A DNA stretch of 55,411 nt, filler included, from Dimargaris cristalligena (GCA_003614675.1; 2 parts of 2 records of this genome joined end to end with filler, not necessarily neighbours in it), one strand, 5' to 3'; shown: positions 36,412-49,058, counted from the whole stretch's first letter. Program-made: numbers and translations. Notes: generated by a model not told the origin, from the letters alone.

Positions 36412-36973
36412 GGCTGGTAGGTATTCGTGAAGCTATTAAGGGCTGGCAAACTACTTAAGTAATTGCATGGACCGATTGGCCAAGAAACCCAATTGGACTG
36501 AAATGGCTTGGAATCTGCTCGACGGCAACAGTATAATAGGAAGCAAGGGTACAAGTTAACGAAAGCCACTTTCTTTAGACGCTGGGTTCTCCGTCCGATT
36601 GTAAGGGCCACCAACTCAGTACTATGGAGGACTCGGGAGGGTGCTGAGTCGGTCATTCAATTTGCGACGGTGAATTCCACAAACCTGGATTCCTTTTTTT
36701 GGCCTGTGGCACATTTTTGTGTTTTTTTACTTCGAAAGAAATAGTAGGACTTGCAGCTCCTTTTTTGCTTCTATTTAACACAGCCTACATCTACTATCAC
36801 TGCTCTTCATTGCCTTTTAACACCCACATTCCCCCTTCCACTTCGACTTTGACTATTTCGAGATTCCGGCCATACTCTCTTCACCAAACTGCCCTACCCA
36901 GACAAAGTGCTACCACCGCCACCGCACTCCACAAACACTCGCACTCACACACAGGTGTCTCTCGCTTGGAGCA

Positions 36974-38065
36974 ATGAGACACGGTCGACGAAGCAAGCCG
37001 GAGCCCACTCCATTGCCCAGCCTTCCAGACTTTTCGGCTCCTGGAGCGGTGGGTAGGTGGTTGGCCCAGCGTCGCAGGAACTATCCCACTCAGGAGACTA
37101 TCCAAAAACAGCAGGAAGCGGCTGAGGCCGTACGAGCCAAAGAACTTCATGTGAAAGGGGCCAGGCAACTGTCAGCCCTGTGCGATTACGGGAGCGACAG
37201 CGAGAACGACAGCGATAGCCAAAGCCATAGTGAACCAGCGACGGCACCAGGTCCTGAAGCCTCCGGAAATAACCACGATTCACTGCAGCCGTCGGTCGCG
37301 GTATCGCCAGCTACCAGCTTAGAAACTCCCGGGACACAGGGACGCATAGCGGTTCGGTTTCAACGACTTAGTGAACCGCACAATGGTAGTTCGGACCCCG
37401 AGTCCGAGTCCGATGGCGATGTAGACCCCATTCGGGATGCTGTTTCGTCCAAGGCTCCGCCCCAGCTTCCACCAACGGTGGATACCAACGCTGACGGTGC
37501 ACCAGAGACTGCTGCTGTACCATCAAGGCAGTCGACAGGTCGCCGGAAGGCATCGGAATCCCCCCCAAGAAGTACCAGCCAGTGGTCAAATAAAGCTCGC
37601 ATAGGCCGCGACCACAATAATCGACGAGTAAGTGAACTATTACCACAAGCCATAACTATGGTTTAAGTTTATGTGGAGGACCAGGGAGATACGACTGGCG
37701 TCTCCTTATCAAACTAGGGTGTGATCAAATGGTTCCCTCAGTACCCAAAGATTGTACGATTTTCGTGAATACCCAGACAGTATTTTCTAACTCAAGAGCC
37801 CCCTCCTCCCTCTTTATACCCATATTTTTTTACACCCAATCCCCAATACCTACTGCCTATCACTTGGAAGAATCAAAACAATGCCGGTAATACCAAACAT
37901 ATACCCCGTAGTCAGAGTCTTTTCGACCGCCTCTTGGCTAAAGATGTGCGCCGGGATCAAATTCGCGTCTTACAATGCCTACAATACATCGTCGACCACG
38001 ATTTCCTAGGAATCCCTCGGGAATCGGCCCAGCTGGTCCAAAAGCCACTGATCCGGGAAATATAA
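36974..38065 (+). CDS. NUFIP1: Rsa1/NUFIP1-like box C/D snoRNP assembly factor, 2 exons, about 282 aa
   Basis: RWLAQRRRNYPT resembles the W..ER++NYPT PEP motif. Donor GTAAGT 37628; in-frame exon 37871-38065 encodes SLFDRLLAKDVRRDQIRVLQCLQYIVDHDFLG, like the NUFIP1 C-terminal helix; the acceptor is a less common AAG. Confidence 0.75.
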
Positions 38066-38798
38066 TCCAGTCGATATTGTTGTTAATATATTTATTAAAA
38101 TTTCGATCAACTTCCCGCTACCATTTCTCCAGGGATGCCATTTACTACTAGGCACAGTTGTAATGAGCCGACTCCTTATTGCCTGGTGTGTATATAACCA
38201 CCCCACTTGGGGGAAGCTATCGATTATTACCCCCTTGCCATTAATCTTACATAGCCAGGAGATGCAAGATTGGCACCAATTATAATTAATAGCAAAACTC
38301 GGGGGAACCCGGTGTTTATTATCCGATGAAAGGCGTGCTTAGGCACTAGATGGCTTTATCAAATGACCAGAACCACCACAAATGCAGACAGACTCGACTA
38401 TCTTTCTACTCTATTGGGTTTCGTTTTTAATACTGAACCAATACCACGTTATGCTTTTAGAATTTTTCAGTTGTGGTCAGATGTCGGATTGTCCTCCGTA
38501 TCCCGTTAGATCTGCGAAGATAAGCCCCGATCAGTTGATTTAGTACTGAGGTGGGAGACCACTTGGGAATAGTCAATGCTACAACTTTTTCATTTGTATT
38601 TTGATGACGACTCCCCCGAATGGCATGGTGTATAAGGATTAGGGGTAAAATGCATTACAGTCTAGCTTTAGATATTCCTCCACTTGCTCCCCAGCAATTC
38701 CAGTATTGCCATCTTTTTATTATTTGGGCCAGTTGTCTTTATTGATAGCGTAAGTATAATATCTATTAGGAGCTTACTATATTTAATAGGGTCAACTG

Positions 38799-38917
38799 GG
38801 CTGTCTAACAAAAACCCCGTTAGATAAGGTAAATATTACCAGTTGAAAATAAATCGCCCATATATTTTCCCATACACATCAATCAAAACCTTATACAACT
38901 GGACCGAATTTCACCCA
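38799..38917 (+). repeat. Dispersed non-coding repeat, copy A
   Basis: Collinear with 43928-44048; 60 of the first 79 aligned positions identical by hand count. Confidence 0.8.
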
Positions 38918-39311
38918 TATTAACTTATAGCACAGTATCGAAGAATTCTTCCAAAATTTTATTAGATTATTCATGCTAAACCATGTACTCAGCATCTTTT
39001 GAATGCAGAACTGTGCCGCTTGCCCTTTAGGATTAAATGACCCATGGATATAGTAAATCTGTCATTTATTTGGTATTATGTTGCATACTTCAAAACATTT
39101 GTGGAAAGTCCCGATATTCAGAAATATGATCATCATGGGCATTGACCTGGTGAGATATCCGTCTTAATGGGTTTCTAGTTGGTCAATGTGAAGACTCGGA
39201 AACCAGCTATACACGCATAGCGATCAAATGGTCTTCTCAATGGGCCCATCCACCAGTCCAAATGATATACATCTGAGAAAAAATCTAGACCACTGAATTT
39301 CCCCCGTGGGA

Positions 39312-41284
39312 TCATTCGGTAGTTTCGGTGGACCGGTCGCATAGTTCTGCCCAAGGACAGGTACACGTACGGTGCTCACTAACCTCTCGGACCGTCAATG
39401 ATACCCGAAATTGGCGGGGCCGAATGGCACCCGACGCAAACAGCAAATCCGACTTACGGGCCCGGATAGAATGTTCCCAGCCGTAGCGAATTTCCCCAGA
39501 CATGACGGTCAGGGACCGGGGGGCCAGATCGATAAACACCGGGTTCGGCAGGATGGGTTGGGGATCACCCGGCGGAACCGATCCACCACCACCACCGCTG
39601 CCCGTTGGGATGGGTTGCAGGGCAGCGTCCCGGCTGTGGAGCTGGTCACGCATGGCATAAAACGGGGAACGGAACTCCATGGTGATGGGACTGGCCAGAC
39701 TAACGACCACAAGTACATCAGTGAAAGATACATGTGAGTCGCTGTGGAAGGAAATGCCGGAACCGATGGGGTACTTGGATATCGTCAGTTGGTTCAGTTG
39801 GGGAAGACGGAGTGGGAGACGTGTGCCTGTGTGATTTAACGCGTCGGGGGAAGGTGCAGGGGAATCGTTAGCGGGGGTGAATATGGGAAGTTGATGGAGT
39901 CGCTGTAGTATATTTTGGATAATGCCCGGAAATTGCCTGTCGATGGCTGCATCTGGGTTACCCACTTGTTTGGTTTTGTAGTCAAATATATGCCCGTAGT
40001 GTTGCTGGTAATCAAGGTGCATATCCAAGCCAGAGGGGGAGAGGGGTGATTGGTAAGATCAGTGATGTAGAGGTGTTATTTTTAAGAAACGATCCTAGCT
40101 CGATGGGAAAGTACGTGGTTTTTCGGGAGCAATGGTTTGCCCGTAAATATAAAATCAAGGAGCATTTTCTGTTAATGGGAAATAAGTTCGCCCTTTACTT
40201 AAATCCCCTGTTTGCCATTTATATACTTACCACACAGCGGCCGTTCACTTCGATCCAAGATTCAAAGTCGTGTTCATCCGCCTGGCCCAGGATTTCTTGC
40301 TCTTCTTCAGGGGTTACAAAATCATCGAAGCAATACAATCCCTTCGCTTGAAGCCGCTCGTATAGAGACCGGAGGGAAGCCGTGGCCGGGAACTGGACAT
40401 GCATAGTGTGGTCGGTTTCCAAAGTCACTATGGGATTTGGTGAGTTCCGACAATTTAGAATTTGCTCGATTTGGGTCCGTAGAGGCATAGTAAATGACGT
40501 AATCTTTAGCGGGATGTGCTCGGCAAATAGAGTCCTTTTAAGCAAGAGTTCGCTAGGTTGCTCATGTAAACTAGCGCAGGCGGTGGCCGCGGTTTGGGCA
40601 TCCGAGAAAATAACAAATGTATAGGGCTGTTACATATAGATATAAGTATGTATGGTTGTATATATACAATAGAATGGAGAAAAGGTGAGGTATAGGGATC
40701 GTATGGGAGGTTTAATACATCAGGAAAAGAACGCAGCCACCTAATAGGTGATATCTCACGACCGATTGCACCTCCATTAATAGATCTAGGATAGCGCTAT
40801 ATAGCCGCCGCCACATGAGAAAAGACGAGCCAATAATACCCCCACCACGGATTTTTAGGGTTTTGCTACCCACTCTAATATGGGCCCACTATAGTTAGAC
40901 CTGACTTACTTTGCCATGGTTCATAACCACCTGGACGAACCCTGGACAGGGTACCAGCACCCCCTCAAGCTGTTCAATAGTCACCCCCGTAATACCCCCG
41001 TACCCGACATTCACTAAGCAGAGAATGGGCGTAGGTTTAGGTGTAAACAGGGTCGAACAGTCGGGTAGATTTTCAACCTTGGCCACACTCGCATAGGCCG
41101 CCCGACGCTTACGCTCCAAGCGCTCCCGCCTTCTATCCCGACTGGCCCATGGGTGAGTGGCGGGTGGTTTCGTTGGGGACAAAAGCCCGGTCGGGGGTTC
41201 GTTTTCCCGGTTGATGGGTTGAGTAGGTTGGACGAGTTTGGGAGGAGCGGGGGACGTCACCAAGTTGGAAGAATCAGGGGTCAT
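39312..41284 (-). CDS. ALKBH8: ALKBH8-like tRNA wobble-uridine hydroxylase (RRM + AlkB 2OG-Fe(II) + Zn motif, no methyltransferase domain), 3 exons, about 487 aa
   Basis: Exons 41284-40910, 40626-40231, 40004-39312. RRM (LCLVNVGY...KPYTFVIF), GLY..DFVTPEEE, QHYGHIFDY, NQLTISKY..G.GI..HSDSH, YGWEHSI, RVSLTVR, CTCPWAELCD. Confidence 0.85.
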
Positions 41285-41725
41285 AGTATGATTATTTTAA
41301 AAAGAAAATAACCCGGAATGGCCGCGTAAGGGTGGTAACGCGTGGGATGGAGGTAAAAAAAAAGAAAGAGAGTGAGGACGGTTAATTAAACGCAATTGAA
41401 CCCATGGGAGGACATGGGGGAATCCGGGTGGGGAAGAAGAGGGCACGGACAAGTCGTTAATTCGACCCACAATGCAATGGACGCGCTTCACCACCAGCGA
41501 AATACTAACACCCCTCTAATTCGACTAATACCAAAGTATATGACTGTAACCAAAAAACTACAGCCGTACTTGCTTAAGTTTGGGGGATTACTCGGTTCAA
41601 AATCCATCTGTTGGTACGCAACTTAAGCCTCGGGTAGATTTGGTTTCTTTATTGAGATTATCTCGCGTTGGATATTCGAATACAGCAACTTATAAATGGA
41701 TATATACTTGTCCACTCTAAGCACA

Positions 41726-43275
41726 TTAGTTACTATCGCTATGGGCAGCGACCAGCTGGGCCCAGGAGTCCTCCAGTCCTCGGCGCGGCAAGTGCTTTCC
41801 AATCAAGACAAGAATAAAATTTAGCGGCTCGTCCCCAGTCGCGAGGACAGCCTGGAAATCGAACAGTTCCTGGACACCCTGGACGATAAACGGTTGTCCT
41901 GCGGTATGGGGCGAACCAATTTGCTCACTAGCATCGGCATCATCCATGAGATTCAGCAGACCTTTGAGTCGGTACACTTGTAATTCGTTGTCAGCTGATG
42001 CAGTTACAGGGCTCAAAGCCGGCTCGGCAATGGTAATACCCGTCCACCGGGGACTCCCATCAGTGGGTTTGGACCGGACTTCGGGAATGCACTTCTCCCA
42101 TAAAAGCACTTGGAGCCATCGGTCGACTAAGGTACGACGTAGGGGGTGGTGGCTGTTGGCGGGGAAGCATATGGTGGTGATATCCTGGGTATCGGTAAAC
42201 AAATAGCGAATAACCGGACAGACCAACCCCGGTAATAAATAATATATATAAGTTGGTTAGTAATTGAGATTATGAGTTAAGGTTGGAGGAGACAATCGGT
42301 CTCTACCTATGTGTAGCAGGTTCGCCATAACGGTTTATTCGTGGAGGCTTAAATATACACGTCATCATCAGGCTATGAACAATCCATTGTACTTACATCC
42401 TTCAGGTGGGGGGCGGGGGGGTTATTTTGCATTTTTTCCAAATAGGACATTCGAGCGGTATCAAAAGCGTAGGCATGAATATCCAATACCACTTCCAACG
42501 GAATACGCGACCGTTCGCTAGTGAATGTTTCGGCCGTTGGGTTAATCGCCCGCAGACGCTCCTTTACAGCCTGCAGGTCTTCCGCTGAAACCAAATCCAC
42601 CTTATTGATTAAGATGCGGTCGGCCAAGGCGATTTGCCGCTGGGCTTCGTTCACCGTCGGGGGGGATGAGGAGGGGGAGAGTGAACCCTCGGGAACAGTA
42701 CCATCGGATGGGCCGGGTGTCTTCGAGGCCTGGGGGCTGTCCGCTCCGGACCCCGAGGTCAGATATTGGCAAATGTACTTCGCATCGACCACCGTGATCA
42801 CTCCATCCAAGTACAGTTCGCTACCCAACTCCTCATTCTGCCAGAACATGGCCGCAATGGGCCCCGGATCCGCCAGTCCCGTCGTTTCCAACAGAATATA
42901 GTCAAACCGGCCCCGCTTGGTCATGAGTTGTTCAATGGCTTTAATTCCGGAGTCCTTAACGGTGCAGCAAAGGCAGCCGTTGCGGAGTTCCAGCCACTCC
43001 TCCACTAAGCCGCCGTCTTGGCCAATCGTGAGGGACTTTTCAATATCCCGGGTATCGCCAAACTCGTTCATAATGACGGCGATGCGCTTGCCGTGCTCTT
43101 CGGCGAGAATGTAATTGAGGAGAGTGGTCTTGCCGGAACCGAGGAACCCCGTGATGAGAGTCACAGGGAGTTTGCCGGTTGACTGGTCCCCGCCATCGGT
43201 CGGTAGAATCGGCTGGGCTGATTCAAGGGGGGCGGCAATGGGAATTAGATTAGGGCAGTCGTTATCGGAGTCCAT
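41726..43275 (-). CDS. ZNG1: COG0523/CobW-family Zn-regulated GTPase metallochaperone, 2 exons, about 445 aa
   Basis: Exons 43275-42397 and 42184-41726. [30 protein letters not shown], CobW_C ([20 protein letters not shown]); N-terminal CPNLIPI. Confidence 0.93.
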
Positions 43276-43927
43276 GGTGAAACGTTTAATTGAATTAAAA
43301 AATAGGAAGGCGTACAAAAGCTAGAAGAAAGGGGGGTGACTGCTTAATTCTAATGGGGGGATATAGTATTAGAAAGGTCTATTGTGCCTGGCCTCCAACC
43401 AGCATTGCCTCAACTATACCAAGCTTGACTTTCTCTTTCGAACGGCTGGGTAGTGATGCCAGCGTCTCCACTTAATGACCAAATGGGAATTACAACAGTG
43501 ATACGGGGGATAAATGGTGAGAACATCTACGAGTGTATCACTGTATACCGTAGCACGAATAGGGAGCTTAGTGCTAGTTGAAAAAAAGCACCTTACTAAC
43601 TTGAATTATACACTACGGTGGACGTTGTAACTATATTCTGTAAGGTAAACTGGCAATACAGCCGACAGGTAACTAATAGTCCACAGATTGTCCTATGAGT
43701 GTCTCGTTGTTAGTTATCGCTTAATCGACCATGGGCCACCCACCCAGGTTGGCCAAGTGTAGTGGAATAGAGAGACGGCCAATCGAAATACTAGCCTGCT
43801 GAGCGTAGGGGGTTTGGGCCATTTGGGATACAGCGACGAGATCCGCCATAACCCCGGAGTCTTAATGAGTCGCCGTGGCGGGAATATTATGTCCATGGCC
43901 AAGTTCAAGTTGGGAGAAGTTCATTCA

Positions 43928-44048
43928 GGCTGTATAATGAAAAATCCATTGGATAAGGCCAATATTACTGGTTAAAAGTTATTCTCACATATATTCGCCC
44001 ATACACGTATTATGTAAAACCTTATACAGCTGGTTTGAATTTCTCCCA
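43928..44048 (+). repeat. Dispersed non-coding repeat, copy B
   Basis: Shares GATAAGG..AATATTAC, CATATATT..CCCATACAC and AAAACCTTATACA with 38799-38917. Confidence 0.8.
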
Positions 44049-45015
44049 GTTCAAGCCCTGTATGTAACTAACGGACCCTCAAGGTGACCCAATCCCCACC
44101 CCTATTGTTGAACGGACAATACACTGGTTGAGTGGTTTGGGCCTGCGTTTGAACAGGCGCTAGGCGGAAGGGGGGGACTAGCAAAACGACCAGCCAATGC
44201 CCATTTTCCCCTAGTAATGCGACTATGTTTTATTCACAGGTTATATCTCGACCACCGTGGCCTCTTTGTGTACGATTAGCCGCCGAATAGCCAAAATTCA
44301 CGTCCCCGATCCAGTCCGGGCCACCACCGCCGAGTCCGATTACCGCTTTTTATTAGAGGGTTTGGAAAGAGCCCGGTGGCTCATTATCGACTGCGATATC
44401 TCCCCCTCCCAACTACCGCTGGCCCACTCTCTTGAAGACAGCGCCTAGGCGTTCGAGGGCGCTAAACTACCGAATTAGGCAGGGGTAGATCATCTCAATG
44501 GGGCACCAGGGTAATTGATCAGCCGGGCCCGTAATCTTGGCTAGTTTCCGTATCACCACTGCCCGGGACCTAATGAGCAGATAGGTTCTCTCGTTTGGCG
44601 ATTTTTTACTACGAGGGCAGCACCCCCCTTGCCTTTCCTACTGCGTCGACCTAATTATCCGCCGCTGCATTCGGTCTTATCTAACGGACCAGAGTAGTCG
44701 GTCTGTATCCTCCCCCCCTTACCCTATACCATCGCCATTACAGATGGCAGACCTGGCAATTGCGGTAAAAACTGGTTACTAATCCACAGCTAATATATAC
44801 TTATATTTATATATAAATTTACCACTTCGCCCCTCTCCAACAATTGTATCTCACAGCACTGTCCTATTAGCTCTTTTTAGACTGTACTCGTGTGCACCGC
44901 CTACCCTATTTCCCCTCTTTATTTTTCGTGTACAGTAGACGACATTGTCTCGCCCTGAATCGAACCTAATAATTGTCGCTTAACGCCCGTGACTCTAACA
45001 GCCCAATCATCCAAA

Positions 45016-45684
45016 ATGCGCTTCGCTCTGGTTACCTTGCTCACGGTATGTACCGTCACCCAGTCGGAGACTACCGCGTCCCCTATTCCCGCCAGTGCTT
45101 CGACGACTACCTCCGGTAGCGTCCCTACCCTTACTTTAGCGCAACTTAAAAAGGCTGTGCCCGTTCCCTGCACCAAATCCGATGCCTATCCCGAATGCAC
45201 CGTTCCCGAAACCGCCGTCGGTTTACTGAACGACTCCTTCAAGGAATACAACGTCAACAGTGCCGGTCAACAAGCCGCCCTCATCGCCATTATGAATTTT
45301 GAGAGCAGCGGTTTCGCTTACAAAACGAACCTCAACCCGGATAACCACGGTCAGGGTACCTACAGTCAGATGCAGTATCCGGCCATCGAAGGGTATGTGC
45401 TTTCGGTCCCTGCGCTCAAGACGAAGTACGACAGCCTTACGAAGACGGTAACGGACGAGAATACGCTCAAGGACGAGGTATTGAAGTTGGCCATTGCGGA
45501 CCAGTACGTGTTCGGGGCCGCGGCCTGGTATCTGAAGAAGTCCGGAAAGTGCGACGAGAGCGTGTGGAGTGCCCTGGATAAGGGGGATGACGCCGGGTTC
45601 ACCAAGTACATCCAATGCGTCAATACGGATGCGTCCACGCGCATGAACGACTGGCACTCTGCCATTAACGCCTTGAAGAAGTAA
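45016..45684 (+). CDS. Secreted lysozyme-superfamily/GH19-like protein, 222 aa
   Basis: Signal peptide MRFALVTLLTVCTV, Ser/Thr linker, four Cys in the mature part, motifs AALIAIMNFESSGFAY, HGQGT, FGAAAWYL; TATATAAA near 44810. Confidence 0.7.
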   Translation: MRFALVTLLTVCTVTQSETTASPIPASASTTTSGSVPTLTLAQLKKAVPVPCTKSDAYPECTVPETAVGLLNDSFKEYNVNSAGQQAALIAIMNFESSGFAYKTNLNPDNHGQGTYSQMQYPAIEGYVLSVPALKTKYDSLTKTVTDENTLKDEVLKLAIADQYVFGAAAWYLKKSGKCDESVWSALDKGDDAGFTKYIQCVNTDASTRMNDWHSAINALKK

Positions 45685-46406
45685 ATGGCCAGTAGCTGAG
45701 CTGACAAAACAGCAACACATATACGTATTTATGCAAGCTACCCCTGTGCTGGTCGTCCGGGCAGTTCTGTATCGTTATTATTAGCAATTTTTATATAAAT
45801 ACCTTCATTATTTGGCAATAAATTATAGTTATCTATACCAACAATGTTAGGGGGCCTATTTTCGACTATGCCGCTATGGGGCAACTTAAAGTGGTGGAAG
45901 GAGAGTGAGGGGAGGGCGGCCAGGTAGAGGTAGGTGGAAGTGGTTGTAACTCAGCCATTTTCGTTTACGATCACGTGATTAGGATAGGCAGAGTGGGGGG
46001 TGGGCTCTATAGCTCAGCCGTCCATTAATATTTTTGCGGGTTATTTAATTTTCGGCCTTTTTTCATACTCATAGGCACGGATTGGAATGTGGAGCTACGA
46101 AAATACCTGCCACTAATAGAAGTATTGTAGGGGTTTAAAGGGATAAAAAAAAGGCTGTTAAACGTTGTTCGTTGACTGAAATATCTCAACAACTACACTA
46201 CAGAGCCGGAAAACTCTCGGGAGTATTAGCCGATACTACCACTGCTTCGACCTCATTTGGACCAAGCGACTCCAAGTTTACCAATACCCATTGAACTCGA
46301 TTATTCTCCCTTTTCTTTCTTTTTTTTTTAATTCAATAAAAGTTCAGCTAGGATAATCGTTCCCCTTTGATTACCATTGCTGTATATCTCTCGTCCGTTT
46401 GTCAAC

Positions 46407-48014
46407 ATGGAGAACCAAACACCCCGCAAATCACGCCGGTCTAATTCCAGGGCCCCGCCCCCAGTCACCTCCTCGCCCGTTTCGGCCCGCCTACGCAGCC
46501 GAGTCCGTAAAGCCACGCCGGGTTCTACTACCTCCTCCTCCTCCTCGGCCACGGCTTCCGAAAAGAAGTCCACTTCGGTTCAGCTGAAGACCAAATGGGA
46601 GGTCACCCTGGTCAATGACGAGCCCACGAGTCCCCTTGCCAATACCGACACTACCCCAGCGACTCCCCAAGTTGATACGAGTAACTTGAACGAGTCGCCG
46701 AGTGCCCAGAAGGGAAAATCCCCCGCCCACGAAACCATGATGCTGGGGGAAAGCCCGGCTGTAACGACTACGCCGGCATCCAAGGCGACTTCGTCCCCAC
46801 CACCATCGCCATCGCCCATCGGGAAGGAGGGCAAGCAACAACAACAGAAGCAAAAGCCGTCGACACCGACTACTACCCCCCAAAAGAAAGCGACTAATAC
46901 CCCCAAGACCGCGGGACCTAAACCAACTAAATCGACCCCGGCTAAACCCCGCACGCCGCTTACTACTGGCGTAAACTCTCATAAAGGTACTACGGGGACC
47001 ATGCCCCTTTCCCAAGTGCGTCTGGCCGAGAACGAAGTGAGCGATCATAGCGATGAGAGCGACGACGAAGCCCCCGAAACCATTTCTTCCAACTTTGCGC
47101 GTGAAGCGATAATGCGAGAGAAACAACGAATTGAGGATGCCGTCAACCAGTAAGTACCCATTATTTTTGAATTTTACCGTCTACGTGGCTATACCTATAG
47201 GGCCAATCACTCTAACCTTACCTAAATTTTATAGTATGATCGACTCCTGGAGTATTCTTTTCAAGAAAAAGCAAAATCCAAGTGGATGTGGCTACTCCCA
47301 TCTCGACCATAACCTCATTGTGGAAAAATGTACCTATGTCTGACTCGTTAAAATCTACTGGGAAATCTAGAGAACGCACTCGCAAGTTAAATACGGAAGC
47401 CAAGAAGGCCCATACCCTCAAAATCCAAAATGAGAAACGTTTGCAGCGCCGGGCCGAAAAGGAGGCCAAGCGTCTGGCCATGGAGGAACAGGCTAATGCC
47501 GAGGACCTGGCCCTGGAAGCGCTCGCGGGGACGGCTGAAGAGGTTTCGGGCGACAATAATACCACTTCTTCCCCCATGGACACCGAAAGCAACTCCGAAC
47601 CCATTGTACGCGGTGGCCTGCCCCTCAGCATTCTCAATGCCGTGGCTGAGGAGTCGACCCTATCGTTGGCGTCCGCCCAGGACCCTAAAAAACGCAAGAT
47701 TACCCGATTCGATGACTCCGAAGCTGATTCCGATGCCGAAGCATCGTTCGCCTTGGGGAAGGCGTTTAATTTTAGTCGGGACGATAACGAGTTTGATGCC
47801 AAGTATCAGATCACTGGATCGAAGCGGCAGCGAATCGACTCGGGGTTTCAGTCGGTGCACAATGTGCTGACCCAAACCACCCAGCGGACGGTGGGTGATA
47901 TCACCGTGGCCAAATTAGACGCCCCGAGTTTGGAACCGAGCCATATCACCAATGCGTTGGACCTTAAGAAACTACGGGATAAGAAACTGAAAGGTCATGG
48001 CGAGCGGAGAAAAT
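46407..48014 (+). CDS. NOL7/Bud21(Utp16)-like SSU processome protein; last exon unresolved
   Basis: Exons 46407-47149 and 47371-48014 (phase-consistent), donor GTAAGT at 48015. SDDEAPE motif followed by a coiled coil and an LP..IL motif; long low-complexity S/T/P/K N-terminus. Confidence 0.6.
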
Positions 48015-48145
48015 GTAAGTGACCACTTTCCCTATCAAGGATCTTGTTTAAGCAGCATTGCTATGGCTAATATATTAGTAGGATGGATCTGTGGAGGGCT
48101 TGCATTTTGGGTGATTAGGCAACTGGTTATTGTTTAGTTTATCAT

Positions 48146-48270
48146 ATGATGAGGATTAAGTAAAGAAGCCTGGGTGGAATGCTCCCATTTGGCTAAAGAG
48201 CTTAGGGAGACCCTGTCCTTCGGATCATATCATGGATGAACTCTTTACACATGTACTTGGGATCTCCTGA
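48146..48270 (+). ncRNA. Possible intronic box C/D snoRNA
   Basis: Box C ATGATGA 48146-48152 and box D CTGA 48267-48270, inside the intron opened at 48015 and upstream of ACTAAC..CTAG near 48301-48311; no rRNA target identified. Confidence 0.3.
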
Positions 48271-49058
48271 GTCATCCCCGGCATCTTCAATTACCCGATA
48301 ACTAACCCTAGTTCTCAATGAATACGTTGGTACATTGCCGATTCGATCGTGGTCACTCCAGTTAACCAGAACTCAGGTCAACATAAAAAATCCTCGAAAG
48401 CCATGTGATGTGGCTATTAACCGCGTAATCATGGGCATTTTGATCCACCCGTTGCGCCCATCATAGCTTATCGTTTCACTTAAGGTACGGTGTTTTATCA
48501 ATGCGGTGCTTCAATTAGTGCCTACCATTCCATCAGGCTCGCATTACCCATGCTCTCTTTGTAGTGCCTTGCATTACTTGTTACCAGAATTAGACCCCCT
48601 TTTTCTCCGAGATAACGGGGCCTGTCCGCCCATTACTTACTCGGCTTCCCCGCATTGATCTATGCCTATTATCCCCGAATTCGTGCTCCATCCAACCTAG
48701 CTTGATCGCATTCTTATTATTATTTTCGTTACAGCATGTACTTTGATGTCCATCTTATTATTACCATTACTATCACCATCAATATCCGCCTATTTGCTTT
48801 CCTGTAATGCGATTAAACTATTTTATCGTCTGGGAAGAGTATCGTTATGCTTTCAGTGGGTATTGGAACCCAACTAATTTACCACCGTGACATCGTCAAG
48901 TTAAACAACTAAATATATAGGTGGGTAAACATAAAGTAGAGTAGAATAATGCTCGAGGAGAAAATAATAGAAAATAGAGATAGAGAGAGAAAGAAACTAA
49001 AAAAGTGGTAGTACATATGGGACGAGACGATAAGTTTAATATGGGAAGCCGCCTCGCG

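Noticed and set aside
34713-36656. 647-aa ORF start at 36656 for PRP40
   Set aside because: Its first ~160 aa are read-through of upstream and intronic DNA; the better model starts at ATG 36411 with intron 36369-36180
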